Source: Sphingomonas sp.
GTDB lineage: Bacteria; Pseudomonadota; Alphaproteobacteria; Sphingomonadales; Sphingomonadaceae
DNA: 41,455 nucleotides
NCBI GenBank assembly: GCA_036675225.1
Contig: JAKFFL010000020.1
Coordinates: 1-41,455 of the forward strand
Direction of reading: 5' to 3'
Below, piece after piece: positions 1-9,738 of this stretch. A program made the position numbers and the translations under genes. Each line of letters opens with the position of its first letter. The first letter of the stretch is position 1. A model generated the notes under the pieces. The model saw nothing but the letters and a program-made list of their open reading frames with translations, had not been told where the DNA came from and made no database searches.

Positions 1-19
1 ATTTTCGAGGAACTCTTTC

Positions 20-688
20 ATGCGCGTTCTGATCGTCGAGGACGAACCCAATCTCGGGCGCCAGCTGCGCTCGACGCTGGAAGGCGCCGGCTATGCGGTC
101 GACCTCGCCACCGACGGCGAGGACGGCCACTACCTTGGCTCCACCGAAAGCTATGACGCGGTCGTGCTCGACCTCGGATTGCCCGAAGTCGACGGCCTGA
201 CCGTGCTCGACCGCTGGCGCAAGGAAGGGCGCAAGATGCCGGTGCTGGTCCTGACCGCCCGCGACAGCTGGTCCGACAAGGTCGCCGGCCTCGATGCCGG
301 CGCCGACGACTATCTCGCCAAGCCGTTCCAGACCGAGGAATTGATCGCCCGCCTGCGCGCCCTCATCCGCCGCTCGGCGGGCATCGCCAGTTCGGAGCTG
401 ATCGCCGGCGACATCCGCCTCGACACCAGATCCGGCAAGGTCACCAAGGCTGGCGAGCCGGTCAAGCTGACCGCCCAGGAATATAAGCTCCTGTCCTATT
501 TGATGCACCACAAGGGTAAGGTGGTCAGCCGCACCGAGCTCATCGAGCATATCTATGACCAGGATTTCGACCGCGATTCCAACACCATCGAAGTCTTCGT
601 CACGCGCATCCGCAAGAAGCTTGGGCCCGACGTGATCACCACCATCCGCGGCCTCGGCTACAGCCTCGAGGAACCTGACAAGCAGTGA
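20..688 (+). CDS. OmpR/PhoP-family response regulator (FeuP-like)
   Basis: Receiver domain (VEDE, LDLGLP, LTAR, KPF) plus winged helix (NTIEVFVTRIRKKL, TIRGLGY); GAGG RBS upstream. Confidence 0.93.
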   Translation: MRVLIVEDEPNLGRQLRSTLEGAGYAVDLATDGEDGHYLGSTESYDAVVLDLGLPEVDGLTVLDRWRKEGRKMPVLVLTARDSWSDKVAGLDAGADDYLAKPFQTEELIARLRALIRRSAGIASSELIAGDIRLDTRSGKVTKAGEPVKLTAQEYKLLSYLMHHKGKVVSRTELIEHIYDQDFDRDSNTIEVFVTRIRKKLGPDVITTIRGLGYSLEEPDKQ

Positions 689-2067
689 CCGACGCCAGCG
701 CGGCTGAGCAGGGCCTAGCGTCCCGGCCGCGACGGCTGACGTCGCTGATGCGGCGCCTGATCGGCGTCGCCGCGATCTGGATCACCGTCTTGCTCTTGGG
801 CGGCGGCTATGCCCTAGACCGCGTGCTGACCAGCTCGCTGATCGAGAATTTCGACAAGCAGCTGGAATATGTCCTCAACGCCATGATCGCCGCCTCGGAG
901 ATCGGGCCGGAGGGCGAGGTCCGCTTCAACCGCCCGCCGGCCGACCAGCGCTTCCTCGAGCCCTATTCGGGCGTCTATTTTCAGGTCTCCGGCGAAGGCG
1001 CCGACACCTTCCCGTCACGTTCCTTGTGGGACCGGCGGCTGGTGGTCGACGCGGCCCATAACGATGTCGATTTGCACACCTACGACAGCCGCGAGTTCGA
1101 GGCCGAGCCGCTGCGTGTCGTCGAGCGCGACGTTATCCTGCCAGGGTCCGAGGTCCGCTGGCGGTTCCAGGTCGCCCAGTCGCGTGAGATCATCGACCGC
1201 CAGATTCGCGATTTGCGCACAACCCTGGTTCGCGCCTTCGCCGCGCTCGGCATCGGATTGCTGGTGCTCGCCGCGCTGCAGGCCTTCTACGGGCTGTGGC
1301 CACTCAGGCGCGTTCGCAGCGAGGTCGTCGCCATCCGCTCCGGCAAGCAAAGCCGGATCAGCGAGGACTTCCCGCGCGAAATCCATCCCCTGGTGCGCGA
1401 GTTGAACGAGCTGCTGGCGCATAGCGAGGAGCAGGCCGAGGAGGCGCGGCGCCATGCCGGCAACCTCGCCCATGCGCTGAAGACGCCGCTGACGGTGATC
1501 ACCAATGCCGCCACCGCCGACAGTCCGGACCTCGACGACACGGTGATCCGTGAAGCCACCGTCATGCGCCGCCAGGTCGATCACCATCTCGCCCGCGCCC
1601 GGGCGATCGGCCGCCGTGCCTCGCTCCACGCCCGGGCCTGCGTCTGGGACAGCCTGGAAGCGGTCGAGCGCGCGGTCTCGCGCCTCTATCCGGACGTCAC
1701 CGTCGACATTGCCGGCGACAAGCAGGCCTGCGTCCGCGTCGAGCGCCAGGACCTCGACGAAATGCTCGGCAATCTGGTCGAGAATGCCGCCAAATATGGC
1801 AAGGGCCGGGTCTTCGTCACCGTCGAGCAGGTCGCGGACAAGGGCGTCGAGATCATGGTCGAGGACGACGGCCCCGGCATTCCGGCGCAGGAGCGTGAGC
1901 CGATCTTCGCCCGCGGCGCCCGCCTCGACACCACGGGCAAGCCAGGCACCGGCCTCGGCCTCGCCATCGTCCGCGACGTCGCCGAAATCTACGGCGGCTC
2001 GATCCGACTCGAGGAGAGCGAGGATTTGGGCGGCCTGCTCGCCCGCCTGACCCTGCCGCTGGCTTGA
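685..2067 (+). CDS. Membrane sensor histidine kinase (FeuQ/PhoQ-like)
   Basis: Two TM segments, H-box AHALKTP, N-box NLVENAAKY, DDGPG, GTGLGL; GTGA overlap with regulator. Confidence 0.92.
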   Translation: MTDASAAEQGLASRPRRLTSLMRRLIGVAAIWITVLLLGGGYALDRVLTSSLIENFDKQLEYVLNAMIAASEIGPEGEVRFNRPPADQRFLEPYSGVYFQVSGEGADTFPSRSLWDRRLVVDAAHNDVDLHTYDSREFEAEPLRVVERDVILPGSEVRWRFQVAQSREIIDRQIRDLRTTLVRAFAALGIGLLVLAALQAFYGLWPLRRVRSEVVAIRSGKQSRISEDFPREIHPLVRELNELLAHSEEQAEEARRHAGNLAHALKTPLTVITNAATADSPDLDDTVIREATVMRRQVDHHLARARAIGRRASLHARACVWDSLEAVERAVSRLYPDVTVDIAGDKQACVRVERQDLDEMLGNLVENAAKYGKGRVFVTVEQVADKGVEIMVEDDGPGIPAQEREPIFARGARLDTTGKPGTGLGLAIVRDVAEIYGGSIRLEESEDLGGLLARLTLPLA

Positions 2068-2109
2068 GTCTTGGCAGTTTCGCCGCCGCGCACTACGGCG
2101 GCGGGCGCA

Positions 2110-3123
2110 ATGACCGCCACCATCCACTCGCTGCACGATCCGCACACGCCGTCGCTCGACCCGATGCTGGCGCTGACCGCGGCCGGCATGAACGCGGTCA
2201 ACGCCGTCATCCTGAAGCGCATGCAGTCGAAAGTGGCGCTGATCCCGGAGCTTGCCGGCCATCTCATTGCCGGCGGTGGCAAGCGCATGCGGCCGATGCT
2301 GACATTGGCCAGCGCCGCACTGTTCGACTACACCGGCGCCCGCCACCACAAGCTCGCCGCGGCGGTCGAGTTCATCCACACCGCGACTTTGCTCCATGAC
2401 GACGTCGTCGACGGTTCCGGCCTCAGGCGCGGGCGGCGCACGGCCAACCTCATCTGGGGCAATCCGTCGAGCGTGCTGGTCGGCGATTTCCTGTTCAGCC
2501 GCGCCTTCGAATTGATGGTCGAGGACGGCAGCCTCAAGGTGCTGAAAATCCTCTCGACCGCCTCGGCGGTGATCGCCGAGGGCGAGGTCGACCAATTGAC
2601 CGCCCAGCGCCGGATCGAGACCGGCGAGGACCATTATCTGGAGATCATCGCCGCCAAGACCGCGGCCTTGTTCGCCGCCGCCTGCCGCATCGCACCGGTC
2701 GTCGCCGAGGCCGGCGAAGATGCCGAGGACGCGCTCGATTCCTATGGCCGCAATCTCGGCATCGCCTTCCAATTGGTCGACGACGCCATCGACTACAGCT
2801 CCGACAGCGCCACCATGGGCAAGGGCGTCGGCGACGATTTCCGCGACGGCAAGATGACCCTGCCGGTGATCCTCGCTTATGCCCGCGGCAGCGACGCCGA
2901 CCGCGCCTTTTGGCGCGCCGCGATTGGCGGCGACCGCATCACCGATGAGGATCTGGCCCAGGCGATCGCCTTGGTCGGCTCGACCGGAGCGCTGGCCGAC
3001 ACGCTCGAACGCGCGCGAATCTACGCAAGGCGGGCGATCGACGCCCTCGCTTCATTCCCCCCGGGCAAGGCGCGGACCGCCCTGACCCAGGCCGCCGAGT
3101 TCGCCGTCGCAAGGGCCTATTGA
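2110..3123 (+). CDS. ispB: Polyprenyl diphosphate synthase (IspB-like)
   Basis: GGKRMRP, first Asp-rich LLHDDVVD..RRG, second FQLVDDAID, GKMTLP; start moved to ATG 2110. Confidence 0.88.
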   Translation: MTATIHSLHDPHTPSLDPMLALTAAGMNAVNAVILKRMQSKVALIPELAGHLIAGGGKRMRPMLTLASAALFDYTGARHHKLAAAVEFIHTATLLHDDVVDGSGLRRGRRTANLIWGNPSSVLVGDFLFSRAFELMVEDGSLKVLKILSTASAVIAEGEVDQLTAQRRIETGEDHYLEIIAAKTAALFAAACRIAPVVAEAGEDAEDALDSYGRNLGIAFQLVDDAIDYSSDSATMGKGVGDDFRDGKMTLPVILAYARGSDADRAFWRAAIGGDRITDEDLAQAIALVGSTGALADTLERARIYARRAIDALASFPPGKARTALTQAAEFAVARAY

Positions 3124-3509
3124 TGGGCATGAAGGGCGATGCTCCGGCCAGCCCCGACGCCTTCATCGACAATCTGTCCGGCTGGCGGCGCGACTGCGCC
3201 AAGGCGCTTCGTGACGCGATCAATGCCGGCGCGCCGTTCGACGAAACCATCAAATGGCACAATCTCGTCTTCCTCTCGAACGGACCATGCATCCTGATCC
3301 ATGCCGAGGAGAGCCGGATTCTGCTCGGTTTCTGGCGCGGACAGCGGCTCACCGGGCTCGACCCGCGCATCAGGCCGAGCGGCAAATATGAGCTCGGCAA
3401 CATCACGTTCGTCGAAGCCGCGCCGATCGACCCGGCGGCGGTGACCCGGCTCGCGACGGCGGCCTCCATGCTCAATGCCGAGCTGGGCGACCCGACCGTC
3501 CTGCCTTGA
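3123..3509 (+). CDS. DUF1801 (YdhG-like) domain protein
   Basis: ETIKW and LGFWRG..L.DP pattern; TGATG overlap with upstream stop. Confidence 0.7.
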   Translation: MGMKGDAPASPDAFIDNLSGWRRDCAKALRDAINAGAPFDETIKWHNLVFLSNGPCILIHAEESRILLGFWRGQRLTGLDPRIRPSGKYELGNITFVEAAPIDPAAVTRLATAASMLNAELGDPTVLP

Positions 3510-3517
3510 TCGAGCGC

Positions 3518-4165
3518 TTACCGGCCTTCGAACGGCGGCGGCGCCAGGCGGTCCTCGAACCGCCGCCGCAGGATCTGCGCCTGGTACCTGGAATCGACCG
3601 CCTGGCCATCACGCTTGCGGCTGCAATGGCGCGCGAACTGCTCGACCAGCCCGATCAGCTCGCCAATGCCCTGCCGCCGGCCGCGGTCGTCGGGCGGCAG
3701 CGAATCGAGTTCGCGTTCGATGAGCTCGGGCAGCCGGCGATCGATCAGCACGCACAGGTCGTGCGCGTCCGGGTCGAGCCTGGCCGCCGCCAAAGCGCGG
3801 TGCGAGTTGTCGAGCGAGCGCTGGAGCGCGCCGATCCGCTCGCGCTCGGCCGGCGCCGCCATGGCCAGACGCTGCCAGCTCGCGCTTGCCCCCGCCACAA
3901 CGGTGGCAGCCTGCACGGCCGGCGCCGCTGAACGCGTCACGCGCCCGGCGAACAGCCGCTCCACGCCGATCATTGCTAGCAAGATCGGCAGCCACAGGCC
4001 GATAACGGCCAGGACCGACACAAAGATCTGCGCCAGCGCATTATCGGTCGCCGCGGCACCGATGACGATTCCGCCGATCACCGCCAGGCCGAAGGCGATC
4101 GCCATGCGCTTGGCGAACCTGATTCCCCGCGCCGCCATCGCCGTCACCCGGTCGCTGAAGCTCAT
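3518..4165 (-). CDS. Hypothetical protein, two N-terminal TM helices plus helical cytoplasmic domain
   Basis: Protein-like ORF filling the gap; hydrophobic hairpin then RRLPELI...; start taken at ATG 4165. Confidence 0.65.
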   Translation of the reverse strand: MSFSDRVTAMAARGIRFAKRMAIAFGLAVIGGIVIGAAATDNALAQIFVSVLAVIGLWLPILLAMIGVERLFAGRVTRSAAPAVQAATVVAGASASWQRLAMAAPAERERIGALQRSLDNSHRALAAARLDPDAHDLCVLIDRRLPELIERELDSLPPDDRGRRQGIGELIGLVEQFARHCSRKRDGQAVDSRYQAQILRRRFEDRLAPPPFEGR

Positions 4166-4278
4166 GTGGTGATCGGCATAATGGACCATGCCCCGACAAT
4201 TGGGGGGCAAAACGCCCCCGATCAAGCGCGGCGCACCCGTTTATCGACGGTTCACGCACAGGGGCTTAAGGACGGCGC

Positions 4279-4713
4279 ATGAAGACAGGATTCAAAGCGA
4301 CGCTCGCCGCCGGATTGATGATGCTCGGCTCGGCTGCCCATGCCGCGACCCTGACCGTTTACAAGTCCGCAACCTGCGGTTGCTGCGCGAAATGGGTCGA
4401 GCATGTCCAGAAGCACGGCTTCACGGTGAAGACTGTCAACGTCGACGACGTCATGGCCGTGAAGGCGAAAGCCGGCATTTCCGACACGCTCGCCAGCTGC
4501 CACACGACCATGGTCGACGGCTATGTCGTCGAGGGCCATGTTCCCGCAGAGGACATTAAGAAGCTGCTGACGACCAGGCCGAAGGCCAAAGGCATTGCGG
4601 TGGCCGGAATGCCGATGGGCGCCCCCGGCATGGAGCACGGCGATCACCGCCAGCCATTCAAGACCGTGCTGATCATGGCCGACGGCTCGACCGCCATTTT
4701 CGCCCGACACTAA
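4279..4713 (+). CDS. DUF411 family exported metal-binding protein
   Basis: Signal peptide ending AHA, CGCC..W, SCHT, EGHVP, GMPMGAPGME motifs. Confidence 0.88.
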   Translation: MKTGFKATLAAGLMMLGSAAHAATLTVYKSATCGCCAKWVEHVQKHGFTVKTVNVDDVMAVKAKAGISDTLASCHTTMVDGYVVEGHVPAEDIKKLLTTRPKAKGIAVAGMPMGAPGMEHGDHRQPFKTVLIMADGSTAIFARH

Positions 4714-4739
4714 TCGCGATTTCGGGCAAGGAGGCCGGC

Positions 4740-7199
4740 ATGACCGACTTCCCAGTCCGCGACATCCTGCCGAACCTGCTCGCGGCGCTGCGCGATGGCG
4801 CGCGGGCCTTGCTGGTGGCGCCGCCGGGCGCCGGCAAGACAACCTTGGTCGCCCCGGCCTTGCTTGGCGAGCCGTGGACGAACGGCGGGCAAATCCTGTT
4901 GCTGGTGCCGCGCCGGCTCGCCGCTCGCGCCGCCATCGAGTTTATTGCCAGCCAGCATGGAGAGCAGCCGGGGGGCGCCTTCGGCTACGCCACCCGCCTC
5001 GACAGCAAGATCGGCAAGGCGACGCGGGTCATCGCCATGACCCATGGCGTCTTCCTGTCACGCATCCAGGCCGACCCCGAACTGAAGGGGGTCGCCGCCG
5101 TCCTGTTCGACGAGGTGCACGAGCGCAGCCTGGACAATGACCTCGCATTGGCCTTCGCGCTCGACGCGGCGGCGGCGCTGAGACCCGACCTGCGGATCCT
5201 TGCCATGTCGGCGACCATGGACGGCGCCCGCTTCGGCAAGCTGCTCGGCGACCCGCCGAAAATCGTCAGCGAAGGCAAGGCATTCCCGCTGACCATCGAC
5301 CATGTCGGCCGCGATCCGGCGCAGCGCATCGAGCCGCAAATGGCCGCGGCCTGCCGCCGCGCTCTGGCCGAGCACGACGGCTCGCTGCTCGCCTTTCTGC
5401 CCGGCATGGCCGAGATCGAACGAACAGCCCAAGCCCTTGGCGCGCTTGGCGAAAATATCGTTCTCCACCGCTTGCACGGCGCCATCGACCCTGCCGCCCA
5501 GCGCGCCGCCCTCGCTCCCCCGCCCCCCGGCAAGCGCAAGCTGGTCCTCGCCAGCGCGATCGCCGAAACCAGCCTCACTTTGGATGATGTTCGCATCGTC
5601 ATCGACAGCGGCCTCGCTCGCCGCCCGCGCTACGATCGCGGCGCCGGCCTCACCCGGCTGGTGACCGAACGCGCCAGCCGCGCCGCCATCACCCAGCGCG
5701 CCGGGCGGGCGGCGCGGCAGGGGCCGGGTGTCGCCATTCGCATGTGGGAGGAAGCGGCGACCGCTTCGCTGCCGGCCCAGGACCCGCCCGAGATACTTGA
5801 GGCGGACTTGTCCGGCCTACTCCTCGCCTGCTTGTCCTGGGGCGAAGGCGAGCCGACCCGCCTGCCCTTCCTCGATCCGCCGCCGGCGGCGGCGCTGGCC
5901 GAGGCGCGCCAGCGGCTGGCCAAGCTGGGCGCACTCGACGAAACGGGCCGGCTCACCGAACATGGCCGCGCCATTGCCGGCTGGCCATTAGAGCCGCGTC
6001 TGGCGCACATGATGATCGAGTCCGGGCGGATGGGCTTCGCTGCCACCGCCGCGCAAGTGGCCGCGCTGCTGACCGAGCGCGGCCTTGGCGGCAATGACCC
6101 GGACCTGGAGGTCCGCTGGCGCCGTTGGCGTGCCGACAAGGGCTCGCGCGCGCAAGCCGCGCGGCGCATGGCCGAAGGCTGGACCAAACGGGCCGGCGGC
6201 GGCGCCAATGCCCAGACACAGGACCTCGGCAAGGCGCTCGCCCTCGCCTTTCCCGATCGCCTGTCGCGCCGCCGCGAGGTGGGCGGCGAACATTGGCAGT
6301 CGGTCGGCGGTCGCGGCTTTCGGCTCGACCCCGCCTCGCCACTGGCGCGCGGCCAATGGCTGGCGGTCGCCGAGGTCGCCGGCGCCGCGTCGGGTGCCCG
6401 CATCCTGTCCGCCGCCACGATCAATGAAGCGGAGGTGCTGGCGCTGTTTGGCGACCGCATCGAGACCCGTCACGACGGCGCCTTCGATCCGGCCAGCGGC
6501 TCGGTCACCCCGACGCTCAGCCGGCGGCTCGGCGCCATCCGCCTGACGAGCGGGCCGGACCCGAAGCCCGACCAGGCAGCGATCGAGGCGGCCCTGGTCG
6601 ATGGAGCGCGCGAGCATGGGCTTGCCATGTTGCCGTGGGGCGAGGCGGCGCTTGGTTTGCGCGACCGCGTCGCCTTCGCTCGCACGTTCGATGCCGGCAT
6701 TCCCGCGCTGGACGACAACGCGCTGATGGAACGGCTCGACGAATGGCTGCCGCAGCTGGTCGCCGGCAAGCGCGACCTCAAGCAGGTCGATGCCGCCGCG
6801 CTGCGCTCTGCGCTCGACGGGCTGCTCGGCTATAATGTTATGCGCACTATCGGCCGCCTCGCTCCCGTCGAATTTGCCAGTCCAGCCGGAAGCCGCCACG
6901 CAATTGACTATGCCGCGCCCGGCGGCCCGGCCGTCGAAGTCCGTGCCCAGGCGCTTTACGGCTTGTCCGTGCATCCGACCGTCGGCGGCGGCCAGGTTCC
7001 GCTGACGCTGGCGATCACGTCGCCCGCGCACCGGCCAATCCAGACGACCAAGGACCTGCCGGCATTCTGGGCCGGCAGCTGGCGCGAGGTCGCCAGGGAA
7101 ATGCGCGGCCGCTACCCGAAGCATCCCTGGCCCGACGACCCGGCCGGCGCCGCGGCGACCTTGCGCACGAAGAAGGCCAGCGGTAGTCAGCGCCCATGA
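4740..7199 (+). CDS. hrpB: ATP-dependent helicase HrpB
   Basis: GAGKTT, DEVHER, SAT, QRAGRAAR, C-terminal RGRYPKHPWPDDP; GGAGG RBS. Confidence 0.95.
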   Translation: MTDFPVRDILPNLLAALRDGARALLVAPPGAGKTTLVAPALLGEPWTNGGQILLLVPRRLAARAAIEFIASQHGEQPGGAFGYATRLDSKIGKATRVIAMTHGVFLSRIQADPELKGVAAVLFDEVHERSLDNDLALAFALDAAAALRPDLRILAMSATMDGARFGKLLGDPPKIVSEGKAFPLTIDHVGRDPAQRIEPQMAAACRRALAEHDGSLLAFLPGMAEIERTAQALGALGENIVLHRLHGAIDPAAQRAALAPPPPGKRKLVLASAIAETSLTLDDVRIVIDSGLARRPRYDRGAGLTRLVTERASRAAITQRAGRAARQGPGVAIRMWEEAATASLPAQDPPEILEADLSGLLLACLSWGEGEPTRLPFLDPPPAAALAEARQRLAKLGALDETGRLTEHGRAIAGWPLEPRLAHMMIESGRMGFAATAAQVAALLTERGLGGNDPDLEVRWRRWRADKGSRAQAARRMAEGWTKRAGGGANAQTQDLGKALALAFPDRLSRRREVGGEHWQSVGGRGFRLDPASPLARGQWLAVAEVAGAASGARILSAATINEAEVLALFGDRIETRHDGAFDPASGSVTPTLSRRLGAIRLTSGPDPKPDQAAIEAALVDGAREHGLAMLPWGEAALGLRDRVAFARTFDAGIPALDDNALMERLDEWLPQLVAGKRDLKQVDAAALRSALDGLLGYNVMRTIGRLAPVEFASPAGSRHAIDYAAPGGPAVEVRAQALYGLSVHPTVGGGQVPLTLAITSPAHRPIQTTKDLPAFWAGSWREVAREMRGRYPKHPWPDDPAGAAATLRTKKASGSQRP

Positions 7200-7477
7200 C
7201 CGTCGCCCGCATCGTCGAAGCCGACCGCAAGACCACCCAGTCGGGCAAAGCCGGCACCGGCCGCTGGCTGCTGGAGTTCGAGCGCAGCGAGGGGCAGCGG
7301 CCCGACCCGTTGACCGGCTGGAACGGCTCGGGCGACACCAAGACCCAGGTCCGCCTGAGTTTCGCCAGCAAGGACGATGCGATTGCCTATGCCGACAAGC
7401 ATGGCTTCGCCTATCACGTCGTGCCGGCGCCGCCGCTGACCCTCAAGATCCAGGCCTACGCCGATAATTTCCGCTAG
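7196..7477 (+). CDS. ETC complex I subunit (NDUFS4-like)
   Basis: QSG.A....W.LEF...PDPLTGWNGSGDT..QV.L.F...YADNF pattern; ATGA overlap with hrpB. Confidence 0.88.
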   Translation: MTVARIVEADRKTTQSGKAGTGRWLLEFERSEGQRPDPLTGWNGSGDTKTQVRLSFASKDDAIAYADKHGFAYHVVPAPPLTLKIQAYADNFR

Positions 7478-7480
7478 GGA

Positions 7481-8338
7481 CTAGCCCGTTCCACGCTCTT
7501 TCAGGAACGCGCGCATCATCGGCTGCAAATTGCTGTTGTAGCTGGCGAGGATGTTGCGCGGCCCGGCGATCTCGAAATGGGTCAGCAGCGTGTTGCCATC
7601 CCAATAATGCAGCGCGTAGCCTGGCGAGTCGGCGATGATCAAAGCCCGCCCGTCCGGGTGCTGCGGGTCGACCGCGTCGAGGTCGAGCGCGACCTGGGGC
7701 GCGGTCGACGGCGCGACGATCAACGGCTTACCGGCGAAGGTGGTGGCGATCTGCCGGTGCACATGGCCGGCGATCAGGCAGATGACCTGGCCCGCCGGGC
7801 GGATAATCGCGTCCAGGCGCCGCACCCATTGCTCGTCCGGCAGCGCGCTCATCCACTCGATGCCGGTGTCGACCGGGGGATGATGCAACAGGATGACGGT
7901 CGGCACGTCCTGCTTCTCATTGAGCCGCTCGGTCAGCCACCAGGCGCGCTTGTCGCAGATCATGCCGCCGTGGCGGCCCTCGTCCAGCGTGTCGATGATG
8001 ATCCACCGCAGGCCGCCCTGCTCCAGCTCGTACTGGATAAAGCCGTTGGCGTCGGTCGGCACGTCGGGCAGCTCGGCACGGAACTGGGCGCGGCTGTCGT
8101 GATTGCCGACCAGCCAGACCTTCGGGCCCTGCCAGCGCCCGACAAGCGCATGGGCGTGCTGGTAGGCATCGGCGTCGTCGCCATTTTCGACGATGTCGCC
8201 GGTGACCAGCAGCAACTCGGGCCGGGGCGACATCTCGTTCAGCTCGTCGATCACCAGATTGAGGCGCCGAACGTTCAGTTCATGCGAATTGCCGCGGTCG
8301 AAACCGATATGCAGGTCGGTGATTTGGGCGATCAGCAT
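7481..8338 (-). CDS. Calcineurin-like metallophosphoesterase (CpdA/Icc-like phosphodiesterase)
   Basis: DLH, TGD, GNHD, HHPP, GHVH motifs; start at ATG 8338 (MLIAQITDLH). Confidence 0.9.
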   Translation of the reverse strand: MLIAQITDLHIGFDRGNSHELNVRRLNLVIDELNEMSPRPELLLVTGDIVENGDDADAYQHAHALVGRWQGPKVWLVGNHDSRAQFRAELPDVPTDANGFIQYELEQGGLRWIIIDTLDEGRHGGMICDKRAWWLTERLNEKQDVPTVILLHHPPVDTGIEWMSALPDEQWVRRLDAIIRPAGQVICLIAGHVHRQIATTFAGKPLIVAPSTAPQVALDLDAVDPQHPDGRALIIADSPGYALHYWDGNTLLTHFEIAGPRNILASYNSNLQPMMRAFLKERGTG

Positions 8339-8491
8339 GGCTTCACCGCCCGCCTGGAACAGAAGTGCAATTCGACCCCCCGGGACGCCAGTCCAAGCGC
8401 CCATCGATCGTTCCTATACTCCAACGAACGGCAACGCCAGCTTGCTTAGCGCGGGCTTCGCCGTCATGCTCGCCTTGCCGAGCCAGGGGGA

Positions 8492-9607
8492 ATGCTGTCC
8501 GCTAAGCGTATCGACATCGTCGTCGGAACCCGTCCAGAAGCAATCAAACTTGCGCCCGTCGCCGCTGCCCTGGCGGCGCGCGGCCTGCCGCCGCGCCTGA
8601 TCCTAACCGGCCAGCATCCGCTCGTCCCGGTCGACCATGGCCTCGCCGGGTTTGAGCACGTCTGGCTTCGGTGCCCGCCTCAGGTCGATCCCGACGCGAC
8701 GGTCGCCGAGGTCGCGAAGGCCGTGGCGCCGCTGCTGGCCGAGCGGCCGGCGCTGCTGGTCGTCCAGGGCGACACCGCGAGCGCGCTCGGGGGAGCGCTG
8801 GCCGGGTTCGCGGGGGCGGTGCCGGTGGCCCATGTCGAGGCCGGCCTGCGCAGCTTCGACCCGGCCATGCCGTGGCCCGAGGAGCAATATCGGACAGCGA
8901 TCGACGCCCGCGCCGATTTGCTGTTCGCACCAACCGAACTCAGCGCCGGCAACCTCGAAGCCGAAGGCGTCCCCGGACAAATCTTCGTCACCGGCAACAC
9001 CGGCATCGATGCGCTGCTGGCGACAGCCGAGCGCTCGCCGCCCGCAACCCGAGTCCAGGACAGCGGCATCCGCCTGCTCGTCACTTGCCACCGCCGCGAA
9101 AGCTGGGGCGAGGGCCTGCGCTCGATCGCCGCCGCCTGCGTCGAGCTGGCGAGCTCCCATCCGCTCGCCATCGACCTCGTGCTGCACCCCAATCCGGCGG
9201 TTGCCGGCATGATGCGCGAACTGCTCAATCGCAAGCCGGGCATTCGCCTTGTCGAACCGCTGGCCCATGCCGACATGGTCGCGGCGATGCAAAGCTGCGA
9301 CATCCTCCTCAGTGATTCCGGCGGCATGCAGGAAGAAGCTCCGGCGCTCGGCATCCCGCTATTGGTCCTCCGCGAGAAGACCGAGCGACCCGAGGGAGTC
9401 GCCAGCGGCAACATGCTGCTGGTCGGCACTGACCAGAGGCGAATTGTCGATAATGTCGTCCGCCTGCTCGACCCGGCGGTGCGCGCCGCGATGGGCCGCC
9501 GCGCCTTCCCGTTCGGCGATGGCCATTCGGCCGAGCAGATCGCCGGCCATGTCGCCGACTTCCTCGCCGCCCGCCCGGTGGCGTTGGCCCAGGCCGTTCG
9601 CGCCTGA
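8492..9607 (+). CDS. wecB: UDP-N-acetylglucosamine 2-epimerase (non-hydrolysing)
   Basis: GTRPEAIK, TGQH, VQGDT, HVEAGLRS, HRRE, SDSGGMQEEA, TERPE, PFGDG. Confidence 0.93.
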   Translation: MLSAKRIDIVVGTRPEAIKLAPVAAALAARGLPPRLILTGQHPLVPVDHGLAGFEHVWLRCPPQVDPDATVAEVAKAVAPLLAERPALLVVQGDTASALGGALAGFAGAVPVAHVEAGLRSFDPAMPWPEEQYRTAIDARADLLFAPTELSAGNLEAEGVPGQIFVTGNTGIDALLATAERSPPATRVQDSGIRLLVTCHRRESWGEGLRSIAAACVELASSHPLAIDLVLHPNPAVAGMMRELLNRKPGIRLVEPLAHADMVAAMQSCDILLSDSGGMQEEAPALGIPLLVLREKTERPEGVASGNMLLVGTDQRRIVDNVVRLLDPAVRAAMGRRAFPFGDGHSAEQIAGHVADFLAARPVALAQAVRA

Positions 9608-9636
9608 TTGACGAACCGGCCCTGAGCCCACATATG
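9608..9636 (+). promoter_or_regulatory. Sigma70-type promoter of tRNA-Glu
   Basis: TTGACG-N17-CATATG about 20 nt upstream of the tRNA. Confidence 0.65.
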
Positions 9637-9655
9637 CGCCGCTCGCCCGCTTCAC

Positions 9656-9731
9656 GGCCCCTTCGTCTAGCGGTCCAGGACGTCGCCCTCTCACGGCGAA
9701 AACACGGGTTCGAGTCCCGTAGGGGTCACCA
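9656..9731 (+). tRNA. tRNA-Glu (anticodon CTC)
   Basis: 76 nt; acceptor GGCCCCT/AGGGGTC, anticodon arm TCGCC-CT CTC AC-GGCGA, GGTTCGAGTCC T-arm, encoded CCA. Confidence 0.96.
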
Positions 9732-9738
9732 CGCCAAT

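Noticed and set aside
1015-2772. 585-aa minus-strand ORF and other long antisense ORFs (e.g. 11606-13069, 21405-22601, 34381-35850, 37822-39384)
   Set aside because: They lie opposite well-supported genes and show no motifs; these are shadow ORFs expected in high-GC DNA
4203-4219. GGGGGC-AAAAC-GCCCCC hairpin
   Set aside because: Lies between divergent genes with no U-tract; not supportable as a terminator
9656-9731. tRNA-Glu as a heme-pathway partner of hemN
   Set aside because: Alphaproteobacteria generally make ALA by the Shemin pathway, and no glutamyl-tRNA reductase is in the window
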